Assembly: GCA_965246715.1 (NCBI GenBank) | Contig: CBDFFH010000046.1 | Coordinates: forward strand, 54,227 to 118,226 | DNA length: 64,000 nt | Reading direction: 5' to 3' | DNA from: Chamaesiphon sp. | GTDB lineage: Bacteria > Cyanobacteriota > Cyanobacteriia > Cyanobacteriales > Chamaesiphonaceae | Part shown: piece after piece, positions 39,712 through 50,830 of the stretch | Numbering within the stretch: position 1 is the stretch's first letter | Layout of the letters: the number at the start of each line of letters is the position of its first letter | Translations under genes and position numbers: made by a program | The notes under the pieces: generated by a model | Seen by the model: only the letters and a program-made list of their open reading frames with translations | Databases searched by the model: none | What the model was told of the DNA's origin: nothing

Positions 39712-41457
39712 TCAGTAGTCTGCTAACCCGACAGGAGCCTTTACCTGATTCAAAATCTGACGGAGCGCATCACCTTCAAGTACCTCTCGATCGAGCAGAA
39801 CTTTTGCCGTAGACACTAATAACTCGCGATTTTGTTCGAGAATCTGACGGGCCATCTGATGCGATCGATCGATCGTTTCTTTCAACAGTCGATCGATTTC
39901 TGTCGATACTTCGGCACTCACAGCACGACGCACATTATCCCCCTCCAAAAACTGGGACTGATTGCCAGCAAATGCGATCGGCCCTAAAGTAGCGCCCATC
40001 CCGTACAGTGTAATCGCTTTCTCCGCCAGACTCGTTGCCTTCTGGATATCATCGCTGGCACCTGTAGATACCTTGCCGAAGATAACTTCTTCCGCCGCAC
40101 GTCCGCCGAGTAAAGTCGCAATCTGACCGCGAATTTCATCTTCCATCATTAAGAAGCGATCTTCATCCGGCATTTGTAGCGTGTAACCCAGCGCACCGAC
40201 TCCACGCGGCACGATCGAGATTTTCTCGACCTTACCTCGTCCCGGCATTAAGGCACCCACTAGCGCGTGTCCGACTTCATGATAGGCAACAGTTTGCCGC
40301 TCGATCGGATTTAATACCCGCGATCGTTTTTCCAAGCCAACCAAGATTCGCTCGAATGCCAGCTCGAAGTCAGCCATCAAAACCGCCTGCCGATTGCTCC
40401 GCGCCGCCATCAGCGCCGCTTCATTCACTAAATTGGCTAAATCCGCACCTGTCAATCCCGAAGTCCGCGTCGCCACCACTGATAAATCGACATCCTCGCC
40501 CAACTTCACGTTATTGGCATGAACGGTTAAGATTGCCTCTCTGCCGCTTTTATCGGGTCTGTCAACCACTACTTGGCGATCGAATCGACCGGGACGACGT
40601 AAGGCTGGGTCTAACACTTCAGGGCGATTGGTAGCGGCAATCAGAATCACGCCAGAATTACCATCAAAACCATCCATCTCCGTGAGCAACTGATTCAGCG
40701 TTTGCTCCCGCTCATCGTTTCCACCGTTTGGATTCGAGCCATTACCGCGCGATTTGCCGATCGCGTCTAGCTCGTCGATAAAGACGATACAGGGCGCTTG
40801 TTGCTTGGCTTTGGCGAACAAATCCCGTACCCGCGAGGCACCAACACCAACATATAATTCGACAAATTCCGAACCGGACATACTAAAGAATGGTACGCCA
40901 GCTTCGCCCGCGATCGCTTTCGCCAGCAAGGTTTTGCCCGTTCCTGGGGGGCCGACTAGTAATACACCTTTGGGAATTTTGGCTCCAAGGCGGGTATATT
41001 TATCGCTATTTTTGAGGAAATCGACAACTTCTTGTAATTCTTGTTTGGCTTCATCAACTCCAGCAACATCGGTGAATTTAATCCCAGTTTTCCCCTTGCC
41101 ATATACCCGCGCTTTGCTTTTGCCTACGCCCATGACACCATTGCCATCTTCGGTATATTTGAGCAGCAATGCACCCGCACCTACTGCGATTAAGGATGGT
41201 AATACTACGCCGATTAGTGCACCCAGCCAGTTATCTGCGGGCGGATTTTTTACTGTGTATTCGACACCATGCGATCGCAATAATTCGGGTAGCTGTTCGT
41301 GTTGAGAATCGGGGATGGTAAAGTAGCTTTCTGTACCTGTTTCGGTAGCAACTATATACTCGATGCGATTGAGATCGATCGTCACCTTTTTCACTCGATC
41401 GGCTTTAACTTGTGCGAGAAATTCACCGTAAGCTTGTTGAGGAATAGTTGCCATCAT
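39712..41457 (-). CDS. ftsH: ATP-dependent zinc metalloprotease FtsH family
   Basis: [39 protein letters not shown]. Confidence 0.95.
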   Translation of the reverse strand: MMATIPQQAYGEFLAQVKADRVKKVTIDLNRIEYIVATETGTESYFTIPDSQHEQLPELLRSHGVEYTVKNPPADNWLGALIGVVLPSLIAVGAGALLLKYTEDGNGVMGVGKSKARVYGKGKTGIKFTDVAGVDEAKQELQEVVDFLKNSDKYTRLGAKIPKGVLLVGPPGTGKTLLAKAIAGEAGVPFFSMSGSEFVELYVGVGASRVRDLFAKAKQQAPCIVFIDELDAIGKSRGNGSNPNGGNDEREQTLNQLLTEMDGFDGNSGVILIAATNRPEVLDPALRRPGRFDRQVVVDRPDKSGREAILTVHANNVKLGEDVDLSVVATRTSGLTGADLANLVNEAALMAARSNRQAVLMADFELAFERILVGLEKRSRVLNPIERQTVAYHEVGHALVGALMPGRGKVEKISIVPRGVGALGYTLQMPDEDRFLMMEDEIRGQIATLLGGRAAEEVIFGKVSTGASDDIQKATSLAEKAITLYGMGATLGPIAFAGNQSQFLEGDNVRRAVSAEVSTEIDRLLKETIDRSHQMARQILEQNRELLVSTAKVLLDREVLEGDALRQILNQVKAPVGLADY

Positions 41458-41659
41458 ATATTAATAGTAGAGTTGATGGAGAAGACAAGGTATTGAAGCG
41501 ATCGCTCTTTACCTACTCCATCAGCATATTCGATCGGCTTTATTACCCATAGTCGTGTTGCTACGCTAAATCAGACGGGAAACCACACTGTTGTGGGTTA
41601 GTCGATCGAAGTCAGTCTTGGTGTAGCGATTTTAATCGATCGAAATATCGATATTATAT

Positions 41660-42247
41660 CTAGTTCTTTGCAGGCGGAAAAATAGCAGCCAGATCGATCG
41701 AAATCTCTGGGAATTGGGGCAACTCGATCGGGTCTTGGGGCGAGATGATTTTGATCTCGGTATAAATAGATGAATTGGGTTGACGATATACCTCCAATCG
41801 ATCGTCGAGCAAGTTAACGATCCAATATTCTTGAATCCCAGCCGCTGCATAGAGATTCGCTTTAATATTTTTGTCAAAATCCAAGCTAGAATCAGCTACT
41901 TCAATTACCAACATCAGATCGGATGGACTTGGATGACTATCGAGATAATTATCATCACGTAGACGAGCGATCGTAATGTCTGGTTCGGGTTCGCTATTAT
42001 TAGGTAATGTAATCGGCTCCTGACAGCGAACGATCGCTCCCTGTTCGATTAACCTCGTTAACTCTCTTACTAATCGTGTAGTCGAAAAAGTATGCCGAGT
42101 ACCTTTTGCAGCCATGTCGAACATCTGCCCTAAAATTAATTCGATCCGCGCATCTTCAGGAATGATGCCAGCAGCAATCATTTTGTGATATTCATCGATA
42201 GTAATAGGTCGAAGTGTAGTACTAACCATGCGATCGATCCCTAACAA
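41660..42247 (-). CDS. Uma2-family endonuclease
   Basis: SEPEPD, LVIEVADSSL.FD, YAAAGIQEYWIVNL. Confidence 0.93.
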   Translation of the reverse strand: MLGIDRMVSTTLRPITIDEYHKMIAAGIIPEDARIELILGQMFDMAAKGTRHTFSTTRLVRELTRLIEQGAIVRCQEPITLPNNSEPEPDITIARLRDDNYLDSHPSPSDLMLVIEVADSSLDFDKNIKANLYAAAGIQEYWIVNLLDDRLEVYRQPNSSIYTEIKIISPQDPIELPQFPEISIDLAAIFPPAKN

Positions 42248-42308
42248 TACATGTGAGATTTATATTAACATCAGTTCTCTTTCAAGGAGTAGAGGATCGA
42301 ATCCAATG

Positions 42309-44027
42309 TTAATAATGACTACCTGACTTACGATGATGGACGGCAGTAACACCAGTAGGATTGAATACCTTGCCACTATCGATCGTGGCATAAATCAACC
42401 AATGGTCGCCGCATTCCATCCGATTTTCGACATTACATTCTAGATATGCCAAACTATCAGTTAAGATGGGACACCCATTAGTCGCCGTCTCGGTATTTAT
42501 CTCCACAAACCGATTTTCGCCAGGTGCAAACGGCTTGAGAAATTGCTTCATGATGGGGATGTGTTTGCCCTGTTCGAGAATATTTAGCACGAACTTACCA
42601 TCCTTGTGCATCAAAGATTCGATCGCGCGTTCTTTGGCTACAGCGATGGTCAATCCAGGTGGATTAAAGGTTGCTTGAGATACCCAAGAAGCCAGCATCG
42701 CCCCAGATAAGTCATCCTGTTGAGTAGTTACAATGGTCATCGAACCCACGATACGTCCGACAGCTTGTTCGACTCGATCGGTTTTAGCTTCAATTACCGT
42801 CGCTTTCGGAATACTCGCTTTTTTAGCTTTCTTCACTGCTTGTGCGAAATCTGTTCCCGTTTCTTCGCATTCTTTAAGGGTGATTTCTGTCGGTTTAAAT
42901 TTAACCCGAATCGGCTCGAATCCGAGTTTGTACCCGGCATCTTTGAGCTTAGTTTCTAATAAATCGATCGCTTCCCCACTCCAACCAAATGAGCCAAATA
43001 CGCCCGCTAATTTAGTTTTCGCCGCAGTAGATAAAATGACACCCAAAGCCGTCTGAATCGGGGTGGGGGCATGTCCGCCAAGGGTAGGCGAACCGATAAT
43101 AAAACCAGCACATTTTTCTAAAGCTGTTTTAATTTCGGCAGGTTCGACAAATTCACAATTAATCGATTCTACACTCACACCAGCCTTAGTAATTCCGGCA
43201 GCGATCGCTTGAGCAACTGTCGCAGTATTTCCATAAGCGGACGCATAAATTAGCGCGACAGTTAATTCTTGACTGCTTTGTTTTTTGCTCCAGTGGCGAT
43301 AGAGATTGGTTAACTCGGTCAAACCATATTTAACTAATGGCCCATGTCCGGTGGCGTAGAATGCGATCGGATATTCAGCAATCTTATCTAAAGAAGCCTC
43401 GATTTGTTTAGCGGCTGGAGCCATCAAACAATCGAAATAATAACGCCGATCTTCAGAGTATGCTTCCCAACCTTCATCGAAAACTTGATCGCCGCAGACG
43501 TGACAGCCGAATAACTTATCACTGTATAAAACTTGGGTCTTAGTGTCGTAAGTCACCATCCGATCGGGCCAGCGGGGAGTCGGGGCGAGGATGAATTTGA
43601 GGATGTGTCCTTGCCCGAGATCGATCGAGTCATCACCTTTGATCGTAATAATTTTTAGATCGTCGCGTTCTAGAATAGCTGGTAAAGCGATCGCGGCAGG
43701 ATTCGAGCAGACGAAGGTAATTTGCGGGGCTACTTCGAGCAGCTTTTTGAGGGTTTCGCCCCGATTGGGGTTGATGTGCCCGAGGATGACGTAATCGATT
43801 AGTTTGACGTTGAAACGGCTGTCTAATCCGGCGATGAAGACATCGGTGAAAGAGGAGCCTGGGGGATCGATCAAGGCTTTTTTGTCGCCTTTGATGACGA
43901 AGGAATTGGCGGTGGTACCGCGTGCGAGTCCGTATTCGATCTCGAATTTGAGTCGATCCCAGGTGCGGGCGCGGAGGGCGGTGGTTTCGGGGGCGATGGG
44001 GTAGGCTTGGAGATCTCTGGGTTGCAT
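42309..44027 (-). CDS. flv1: Flavodiiron protein, Flv1 type
   Basis: Non-canonical metal motif GHINPNR; flavodoxin YASAYGNT; flavin-reductase C-terminal domain; start ATG 44027 (MQPRD). Confidence 0.85.
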   Translation of the reverse strand: MQPRDLQAYPIAPETTALRARTWDRLKFEIEYGLARGTTANSFVIKGDKKALIDPPGSSFTDVFIAGLDSRFNVKLIDYVILGHINPNRGETLKKLLEVAPQITFVCSNPAAIALPAILERDDLKIITIKGDDSIDLGQGHILKFILAPTPRWPDRMVTYDTKTQVLYSDKLFGCHVCGDQVFDEGWEAYSEDRRYYFDCLMAPAAKQIEASLDKIAEYPIAFYATGHGPLVKYGLTELTNLYRHWSKKQSSQELTVALIYASAYGNTATVAQAIAAGITKAGVSVESINCEFVEPAEIKTALEKCAGFIIGSPTLGGHAPTPIQTALGVILSTAAKTKLAGVFGSFGWSGEAIDLLETKLKDAGYKLGFEPIRVKFKPTEITLKECEETGTDFAQAVKKAKKASIPKATVIEAKTDRVEQAVGRIVGSMTIVTTQQDDLSGAMLASWVSQATFNPPGLTIAVAKERAIESLMHKDGKFVLNILEQGKHIPIMKQFLKPFAPGENRFVEINTETATNGCPILTDSLAYLECNVENRMECGDHWLIYATIDSGKVFNPTGVTAVHHRKSGSHY

Positions 44028-44037
44028 GGGCTTAGTG

Positions 44038-44526
44038 GGGTGTGTAGTTAACACAGAGGGGCACGGAGGGTACACAGAGGTACACAGAGGGGTTAGTTGG
44101 CGATGCGTTTGATTCCGTCTTTGAGGTGTTGGACGTTGAAGTTGATGAGGAGACCGATTTTGCGGTTGTAGAGTTTGAGGTAGGTGAGGAGTTGGGCGGA
44201 GGCAAGCGGATTGAGCGATTCGACGGCTTTGATTTCGACGATGATTCGGTCTTCTACGAGTAAATCGAGGCGATAACCGCAATCTAGTTTGACTTCTTCA
44301 TAAATGAGTGGTATTGGTTTTTGTTGTTCGACCTTCAAATCAGCCTTCTTCAACTCATAGCACAAACAAGCCTCATAAGCCGATTCCAATAAACCCGCCC
44401 CCAAAACCGTATGCACCTTCATCGCACACCCAATAATCCGCCCCGTCAAATCATCGTTACTCACCAATACCCTCCTCCGTGTACCTCTGTGTAGCCTCCG
44501 TGCCCCTCTGTGTTAACTACACACCC
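44038..44526. mobile_element. GxxExxY cassette flanked by 53-bp inverted repeats
   Basis: 44038-44090 versus 44474-44526, 51/53 identical when inverted; built from ACACAGAGG-type units. Confidence 0.75.
44093..44467 (-). CDS. GxxExxY protein (PD-(D/E)XK nuclease superfamily)
   Basis: LGAGLLESAYE, YRLDLLVE...IVEIK, QLLTYLK, GLLINF. Confidence 0.93.
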   Translation of the reverse strand: MVSNDDLTGRIIGCAMKVHTVLGAGLLESAYEACLCYELKKADLKVEQQKPIPLIYEEVKLDCGYRLDLLVEDRIIVEIKAVESLNPLASAQLLTYLKLYNRKIGLLINFNVQHLKDGIKRIAN

Positions 44527-44534
44527 GAACGGAG

Positions 44535-46262
44535 CTAATAGTGGTTCCCCACCCGCCGATGATGCACCGCCGTCAACCCCTCAGCATTCCCCACCCGTCC
44601 AGTTTCCACCGTCGCATACACCACATGATGATCGTGACAAGCCATCCGACTCACCACCTCACACTCGATATACGCCAACGCATCCTGTAAAATCGGGCTA
44701 CCATTCGCCGCCGCTTGCGTCTTCACCCCTTCAAACCGATCCGCTCCAGGTGCAAATCGTTTCAAAAAGTGCCGCATTAAGGTCTGGTAATTGCCCTCTT
44801 CGAGCATATTTAGCACGAATTTATCTCCCACTTGCATCAGCGAATCAATCGCCCGATCGTTCGATACTGCGATCGTCAATCCTAAGGGTTCAAAGCTTGC
44901 CTGGGTCACCCAGGAAGCCAACATCGCACTACTAAAGTCGCCCTTCTTGGCGGTGATAATATACAACCCACCACTAATCCGTCCCAAGGCTTTATCCAAG
45001 TCGGAATCGAGGGATTTCATCTGTTTGATGGCTTTATCCTTCGTCAGTAGTTGTCCTAAGTCAGTTCCGGCTTCTTCGCACTGTTGATAGATCGCTTCGG
45101 TGGGGGCTTCCTTGACGCGGATTGGGGGGAAAGCCACGCTCGCGCCGATTTCGCGAAATTTGCTCAATAGTGGGTCTACCGGCTCATCATCGCCGCCGTA
45201 GGATTCAAATAGACCGATCGATTGTTTGCCAGTAGCAGCGACGAGAATCGTCCCGATCGCGGCTTGAGCCAGAGCGGAAACTTTACCATGTCCGGGTGGC
45301 ATCCCGATCGCAATTCCGGTACTCCGACCGACGAGTTCTTGGACTTCTTGAGGATCGGCGGATTTGAGATCCATCATTTCGACGGCGACACCTGTTTTGG
45401 TAATCCCCCGCGCCAAAGCTTGAGAAAGTCTATCGCTATAACCATAGTCCGCGACGTAGAAGACAGCTACAGTCGTTTCTCCCTTGGCTTTGAGTTGCGA
45501 CCAATCTTGATACCGTTGGACGAGTTCGCTGACGTTGTAGCGCAATAGTGGCCCATGTCCGGTGGCAATTGTGCCGACGGTGGGGAGTTCGCCCATCCGT
45601 TTGAGCGCAGATAAGACCGATCGAGAGTTGGGTGCCATCAAGCACTCATAATAAAACTGATAGTCTGGTTCGATCTTGCTCAAGTCTTCATCGAATAACA
45701 CATCCGAGCAATAATGCATCCCAAAGGCATCGCAAGTATAGAGGATTTGGGTGGCTCGATCGAAACTAAAGCTGGTATCCGGCCAATGTAAGTTTGGCGC
45801 GATGACAAATTCGATTTCGTGTCCGTTGCCTAAATCGATGACATCGCCGTTTTTAATAATTTGCTTGGTAAATGGCTTGTGGACGAAGTTTTCCAAGAAT
45901 TGAATCGCCACTTTACTGCCGACGACGGTAACATTGGGCGCAAGGTCGATAATATCTCGGACTAAGCCACTATGGTCGGGTTCGGTGTGGCTGATAATCA
46001 GATAATCGAGCTGACTGGGATCGATGAGTCCCTTGAGAGTGTCGAGATATAACTGCCGGAATTTCTCGTGGGAAGTATCGACGAGGGCGAGTTTATCGCC
46101 ACGAATGATGAAGGAGTTATAAGTGGTGCCGTTTTGCAGTCCAAATTCAATATCGAATCTGTCGCGTTCCCAGTCTAGCGATCGAATGGCGGTCGTATCG
46201 ATCGCAATGTCTTGAGTTTGAATGGTCAAACGCTTCTGGATCTTATCGGCTAGTACTACCAT
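44535..46262 (-). CDS. flv3: Flavodiiron protein, Flv3 type
   Basis: Canonical SHTEPDHSG, HWPD, CDAFG; flavin-reductase C-terminal domain. Confidence 0.88.
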   Translation of the reverse strand: MVVLADKIQKRLTIQTQDIAIDTTAIRSLDWERDRFDIEFGLQNGTTYNSFIIRGDKLALVDTSHEKFRQLYLDTLKGLIDPSQLDYLIISHTEPDHSGLVRDIIDLAPNVTVVGSKVAIQFLENFVHKPFTKQIIKNGDVIDLGNGHEIEFVIAPNLHWPDTSFSFDRATQILYTCDAFGMHYCSDVLFDEDLSKIEPDYQFYYECLMAPNSRSVLSALKRMGELPTVGTIATGHGPLLRYNVSELVQRYQDWSQLKAKGETTVAVFYVADYGYSDRLSQALARGITKTGVAVEMMDLKSADPQEVQELVGRSTGIAIGMPPGHGKVSALAQAAIGTILVAATGKQSIGLFESYGGDDEPVDPLLSKFREIGASVAFPPIRVKEAPTEAIYQQCEEAGTDLGQLLTKDKAIKQMKSLDSDLDKALGRISGGLYIITAKKGDFSSAMLASWVTQASFEPLGLTIAVSNDRAIDSLMQVGDKFVLNMLEEGNYQTLMRHFLKRFAPGADRFEGVKTQAAANGSPILQDALAYIECEVVSRMACHDHHVVYATVETGRVGNAEGLTAVHHRRVGNHY

Positions 46263-46402
46263 AATTCTTCACCACTCCCTGCTTGATTCAATAGGTACTT
46301 ATACTATTGTGCCACGATCCTTTGGATTGGTTCGATCGAAGATCCTATGAGTCGGTTAAGCCTAGCTAATCGCTGCTGCCAGCTAGATCCCTAAACCTGG
46401 AG

Positions 46403-46720
46403 TTACTTATTTTTTGAGTTGCTACTGACAATAACTATCGTGAAAGCGATCGCTGTAGGTAAAGCTAAAATGATTCCTAAAATTAAGCCTGCAAGGGTAC
46501 AGCTAGCCAATGAAATCTGGGCTAGTTCGAGATTTCCGACTTTTTTAGCTTGGTAATAGGGCAAACAGCCACACAGCATCCCCATCACGATTGCCCCAAA
46601 TATTTGTCCGACAACAAACCCAGTTACGCCGTTCGCGGATAATATCGCAATTGCCAACCCTGCGACGAACGCCGCAATCCCGATCGCAACTTTAGAAATG
46701 GGCTGTTGCTTGGTGCTCAT
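46403..46720 (-). CDS. Small membrane protein
   Basis: 3-4 hydrophobic segments; ATG at 46720 preferred. Confidence 0.65.
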   Translation of the reverse strand: MSTKQQPISKVAIGIAAFVAGLAIAILSANGVTGFVVGQIFGAIVMGMLCGCLPYYQAKKVGNLELAQISLASCTLAGLILGIILALPTAIAFTIVIVSSNSKNK

Positions 46721-46818
46721 CAGATCTGCTCCTGATTTAATAATTGCTACTTCTCTCAGGATGGACACAATCGTCCACCAAATTTACATTAGAGATGTAG
46801 TTTTTTGCGCTAAGTTTA

Positions 46819-47094
46819 CTACTGGCGCTCTCGATGTCCGTGAGTAGGACAGGGCGGTGCAGAGATAGACTTATCCAACCATCCGACAGCTTGAGCAAAT
46901 CGAGCTAACGCTTCTTCGGATTGGTCTTTGAGTAAAAATACCAGCGCTGCAGCAGCTTGTTCTTTGGCGCGGGCGCGACGATTGGATTTGAGCTGATGCC
47001 AGTTGCTTTCATCGATCCGAAGCCGTTCGGCGAGAGCCTGAGCGAGTTCCAGCGTGGTAAGATTGTCTGTAGTGCTTTGGGTGCTGGGAGACAT
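46819..47094 (-). CDS. Conserved cyanobacterial hypothetical protein (DUF6439-like)
   Basis: LELAQALAERL.I....WH.LK.NR..RA.EQ...GWLD.SI.APPCP.HG. Confidence 0.75.
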   Translation of the reverse strand: MSPSTQSTTDNLTTLELAQALAERLRIDESNWHQLKSNRRARAKEQAAAALVFLLKDQSEEALARFAQAVGWLDKSISAPPCPTHGHRERQ

Positions 47095-47147
47095 GAGAGT
47101 TATGACCTGAATTTAGGCATATTAATAATAACGCTATTGAAATTGTA

Positions 47148-47498
47148 TTGCCGACTATGACTCAGAATGCTAACCCAGTGAATGAGGAAACTGAATTAGG
47201 TCTCGAAATCGATCGATTAGAAATAGAGATTGCCGATCTCAAGCATCGCCATGCCGATGTCCAGTTGGCCGAACGGGAACGAGTTGTCTTGCAACGGCAT
47301 CGGAATGAATTGAAATCAAAGAGTCAAAATCGTCCAGAGGTTCGTCAGGAACTTCAGGAAATTAAGACGCGGTTGGAAGAGTTGGAGCTACTATTAGAAT
47401 CTCGCTTATTAAATCTCTGGGAACCCTTCTGGCAAGCAGTTAGATTTGGTGGATTGGGAATTGCGATCGGTTGGTTTCTCTGTTCGTGGGGCAAATAA
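47148..47498 (+). CDS. Coiled-coil protein with C-terminal TM segment
   Basis: LESRL...EPFWQAVRFGGLGIAIGW; ATG at 47157 likely. Confidence 0.75.
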   Translation: MPTMTQNANPVNEETELGLEIDRLEIEIADLKHRHADVQLAERERVVLQRHRNELKSKSQNRPEVRQELQEIKTRLEELELLLESRLLNLWEPFWQAVRFGGLGIAIGWFLCSWGK

Positions 47499-47545
47499 AT
47501 TTCTATCCTCAATCTGATATTTCTAAGTTTGAGTTACTAAATATA

Positions 47546-48034
47546 TTAACCTAAAAATTTGCTCAGATCGAACTCTGGCACTCGATCGGCTGTCGGCGCA
47601 ATATTCCCGATCGAATTCTGAGTGACTGATAGCATTAATAAAATTCGTTCTGTGTAGTCTACTGCACCGCGTAATTCTTGTTGTAAAATTTCTAATCCGC
47701 CGTTAGCGTATTCTTCAAAGATGTGGATGCGTTGTTCCTCAAAATCAGCGCGATCTGGTGAAATCACATTAATATTTTCAGTAGCCGCAATCGCGATTAG
47801 TTTGATGACTGTATCGTAGCCGCGCGCGATAAATATTTCACTACTAATCGGCCCTGGTTCTTTCTTCGATATTTCACCTAGCGGTAATCTTTGCTCGTGC
47901 TTAGCACCCAATACTGCTGCAAATAAAATGACATCGGCATAAGTTTGAAATGGACTATTGTTTTCTGGCGATGCAACCAGAGATTTGACTAATTCGGCTT
48001 TGTCTTTAGCAACTCGAACCCGATTTTCAGACAT
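47546..48034 (-). CDS. DNA phosphorothioation (dnd)-associated protein 4-like
   Basis: RVRVAKDKAELVKSL...PFQTYADV..FAA.LG...IFEEYANGGLEIL, recalled family motif. Confidence 0.7.
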   Translation of the reverse strand: MSENRVRVAKDKAELVKSLVASPENNSPFQTYADVILFAAVLGAKHEQRLPLGEISKKEPGPISSEIFIARGYDTVIKLIAIAATENINVISPDRADFEEQRIHIFEEYANGGLEILQQELRGAVDYTERILLMLSVTQNSIGNIAPTADRVPEFDLSKFLG

Positions 48035-48100
48035 TTACACTCACATTCTAAATTACTGCATATTTAACATTGCCGATCGGATTTCGAGCGCGATCTATCC

Positions 48101-48334
48101 TCAAAATCTGCGTGGTGGCGGGAAAGGACGCGCGGGTGGCCGGGGTCGGACGAGAATTATTCGTGGTGGTGGTCTTCTGCGAATTCTTGGGGGTGGAAAA
48201 GGACGAATGGGCGGTCGCTGTGCGAGTTGCATTGATGGTAGCGGTAACCGAAGTTGAGAGGCAGTACTAATTTCGCTCGGATTAGCTCCGAGCGTTACCA
48301 TCGCAATCAATCCATAACTGAGGCATTTACGCAT
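48101..48334 (-). CDS. Small putatively secreted Pro/Arg-rich protein
   Basis: Signal-like N-terminus; repeated RPFPPPR. Confidence 0.45.
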   Translation of the reverse strand: MRKCLSYGLIAMVTLGANPSEISTASQLRLPLPSMQLAQRPPIRPFPPPRIRRRPPPRIILVRPRPPARPFPPPRRF

Positions 48335-48442
48335 GACGCTTGCTGGTTTGGTAAATGTGGATGGCGAACAAATAATCGAGGACTGGTTCTGTAGCAGCGA
48401 TTGCGATCGCCGCTACCATCGTACCCTCTCTAACATATTACC

Positions 48443-48622
48443 TAACTCAAGTTGCTACCTATAAGCAAAGCGGTTAGAAACCGCCTCTCGGAATGCAAAG
48501 TCCGCCTTCGAGGACTAACTAACTAGTCCGCGAAGCGAAAAGTGCGGTCTTGGGGTTTCCCCAAGTAGAGCACCTTTTCAAGACACAATCGTTGGCGTTC
48601 GAGTGGGTAGCAACTTGGGTTA
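48443..48622. mobile_element. Second copy of the 16895 MITE (inverted) carrying a 49-bp hairpin insertion (48536-48584)
   Basis: taactcaagttgctacc ... ggtagcaacttgggtta; shared gcggttagaaaccgc and gcaaagtccgccttcg. Confidence 0.75.
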
Positions 48623-48623
48623 C

Positions 48624-50177
48624 CTAGTAATCCCCAGCAATCCGATGCTCGGTTTCAGCAAACTTTTCATCCGATCCGGCTTCTGTTGTAAATAACGATA
48701 CGATAATTCCGACTGCAAATGATAGCGGAATCGTTACTAAACCAGGATTTTTGAGCGGAAAAATTGCCGATTCATGCTTGAGCACATCGATCTGAATTGC
48801 TGGCGATAAATAGATTAAAATTAACGCCGAAACCGTACCGACGAGGATACTGGCAACAGCACCCTTGGTAGTCAAGCCTTTCCAGAGCATTGACATTAAT
48901 AATGTCGGGAAATTGGCACTAGCTGCGATCGCAAATGCTAGCCCCACCATATAAGCAACGTTTTGTCCTTTAAAGATAATTCCCAAAATCATCGCCAGTA
49001 CACCCAATAGCAGCGTCGCTACCCGCGCAACTTTTAATTGTTCGGTTTCATCAGCTTGACCCTTTTTAACCACATTCACCCACAAATCGTGGGATAAAGC
49101 CGCTGCGCCAGATAGAGTCAAACCAGCGACTACTGCTAAAATAGTTGCAAACGATACCGCTGCAATGAACCCTAAAAACGGACTGCCACCTAATACTTGT
49201 GCCAAAATTGGCGCGGCCATATTACCCGATTTATCGATCGCGCCAGCCGCACCGAGGGGATGTAAAATACTTTCTTTCCCGACTAGTACCATCGATCCAA
49301 ATCCCAGGATAAAAGTCAGCAGGTAGAAAAAGCCGATAAAAATTGTTGCATACATTACCGAAGTCCGGGCTGTCTTGGCATCGGGTACAGTATAAAACCG
49401 CATTAGGATGTGGGGTAAGCCAGCAGTCCCTAGCATCAACGATAGCCCCAATGACATTGCATCGAGCGGATTTGCGACCTCCTTGCCAGGTGCTAGGACT
49501 GCATTACCGTATTTTTCGGCGGCGGCGGCAAATAGATTGAGGGGATTGAAGCCAAATCTAGACAGGACGAGGATTGCCATCACCGTCGCGCCACCTAACA
49601 GAAGCACGGCTTTAATAATCTGTACCCAAGTAGTGGCGATCATCCCACCAAAGATTACGTAAGCGAGCATGACACAGCCAACGATGACGATCGCCAGGGT
49701 ATAATCCAATCCAAATAAGAGTTGAATCAAGCTACCAGCACCGACCATTTGGGCGATTAAATAGAAGCTAACTACGGCTAAAGTTCCGATCGAAGAGGCA
49801 ATTCTCACGGGTGTTTGTTGGAGCCTAAACGCCACAACATCCGCGAAAGTATATTTGCCCAAATTCCGCATCGGTTCGGCAATTAAAAACATCACAATCG
49901 GCCAACCAACTAAAAATCCGATCGAGTAAATCAAGCCATCGAAACCATTTAAAGCAACTTTTCCCGCAATTCCCAGGAAACTTGCCGCACTCATAAAGTC
50001 GCCTGCTAAAGCCAAGCCATTTTGGAAACCGCTAATATTGCCACCCGCAGTATAGTATTCAGACGTACTCTTAGTTTGTCTAGCCGCCCAGTAAGTAATC
50101 CCCAGGGTAAAGGAGATAAATACCAAGAAAAAAGTAATCGCGATCGGGTTGAATTGCCCTAATGGTATGTTATTCAT
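48624..50177 (-). CDS. actP: Cation/acetate symporter (SSS family)
   Basis: [50 protein letters not shown]. Confidence 0.93.
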   Translation of the reverse strand: MNNIPLGQFNPIAITFFLVFISFTLGITYWAARQTKSTSEYYTAGGNISGFQNGLALAGDFMSAASFLGIAGKVALNGFDGLIYSIGFLVGWPIVMFLIAEPMRNLGKYTFADVVAFRLQQTPVRIASSIGTLAVVSFYLIAQMVGAGSLIQLLFGLDYTLAIVIVGCVMLAYVIFGGMIATTWVQIIKAVLLLGGATVMAILVLSRFGFNPLNLFAAAAEKYGNAVLAPGKEVANPLDAMSLGLSLMLGTAGLPHILMRFYTVPDAKTARTSVMYATIFIGFFYLLTFILGFGSMVLVGKESILHPLGAAGAIDKSGNMAAPILAQVLGGSPFLGFIAAVSFATILAVVAGLTLSGAAALSHDLWVNVVKKGQADETEQLKVARVATLLLGVLAMILGIIFKGQNVAYMVGLAFAIAASANFPTLLMSMLWKGLTTKGAVASILVGTVSALILIYLSPAIQIDVLKHESAIFPLKNPGLVTIPLSFAVGIIVSLFTTEAGSDEKFAETEHRIAGDY

Positions 50178-50210
50178 CGATTCAATATATTGGATAAAAT
50201 AAGCATTGGA

Positions 50211-50504
50211 TTAGTTCCGATTTCGTAATCGCTCTAACTGACTATCGTAATTATTATTCGTCCAGCGTACATAAATGTAAATCAGTACCCAGGCAGTCAC
50301 GATTGTCAGGGCACCTAACAAAATCCCGATCGAGAGTCCAGGCACGATGGTTTTGCCCATCAACTCTTTATTAAAAGCGACCAGAAAAATAAACCCAAAA
50401 TAAACAAACATCATCGCCGCAGTCAACCAGAGCGAGATCCGCCAGCGTTGATTGGCAAGAGCGCGTAAAGATTTCAAGCGATCGCTCATAATCGGGATAT
50501 CCAT
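50211..50504 (-). CDS. DUF485 (YjcH-like) partner of ActP
   Basis: Two TM segments, YFGFIFLVAF, YVRWTN..YD; directly upstream of actP. Confidence 0.88.
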   Translation of the reverse strand: MDIPIMSDRLKSLRALANQRWRISLWLTAAMMFVYFGFIFLVAFNKELMGKTIVPGLSIGILLGALTIVTAWVLIYIYVRWTNNNYDSQLERLRNRN

Positions 50505-50830
50505 GTATTTGACTACAACATTTTAGGTTGAAATGGAACGAGCCGATCGTTAAGTTAGAGGCACTCGTTGTCTTCGACGTTCGGGCAGGACACATGTGTC
50601 TGGGTGGGTTCGGATCGCTCGATCGAGTGAAGATCCTGTTGAATTGAGCTGGAAAGCACTAAAATTAAGAACAGCAGCGTCTAAATTGTCGAAAATTGTG
50701 CATTGTTGCCTAACGAAGATTGCCCGATCTGCTCGTATGTATCGCTTTGCTGTGTGCAATCGCCCAGCACATCCCGCTCTGACGATAAGTTGCTGTATTT
50801 TTACCTTTACCCAGCCTGCTCGATCGAAAT

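Noticed and set aside
44028..44282. 85-aa N-terminal extension of Flv1 in the ORF track
   Set aside because: Overlaps the GxxExxY gene and its inverted repeat in another frame; homology begins at MQPRD
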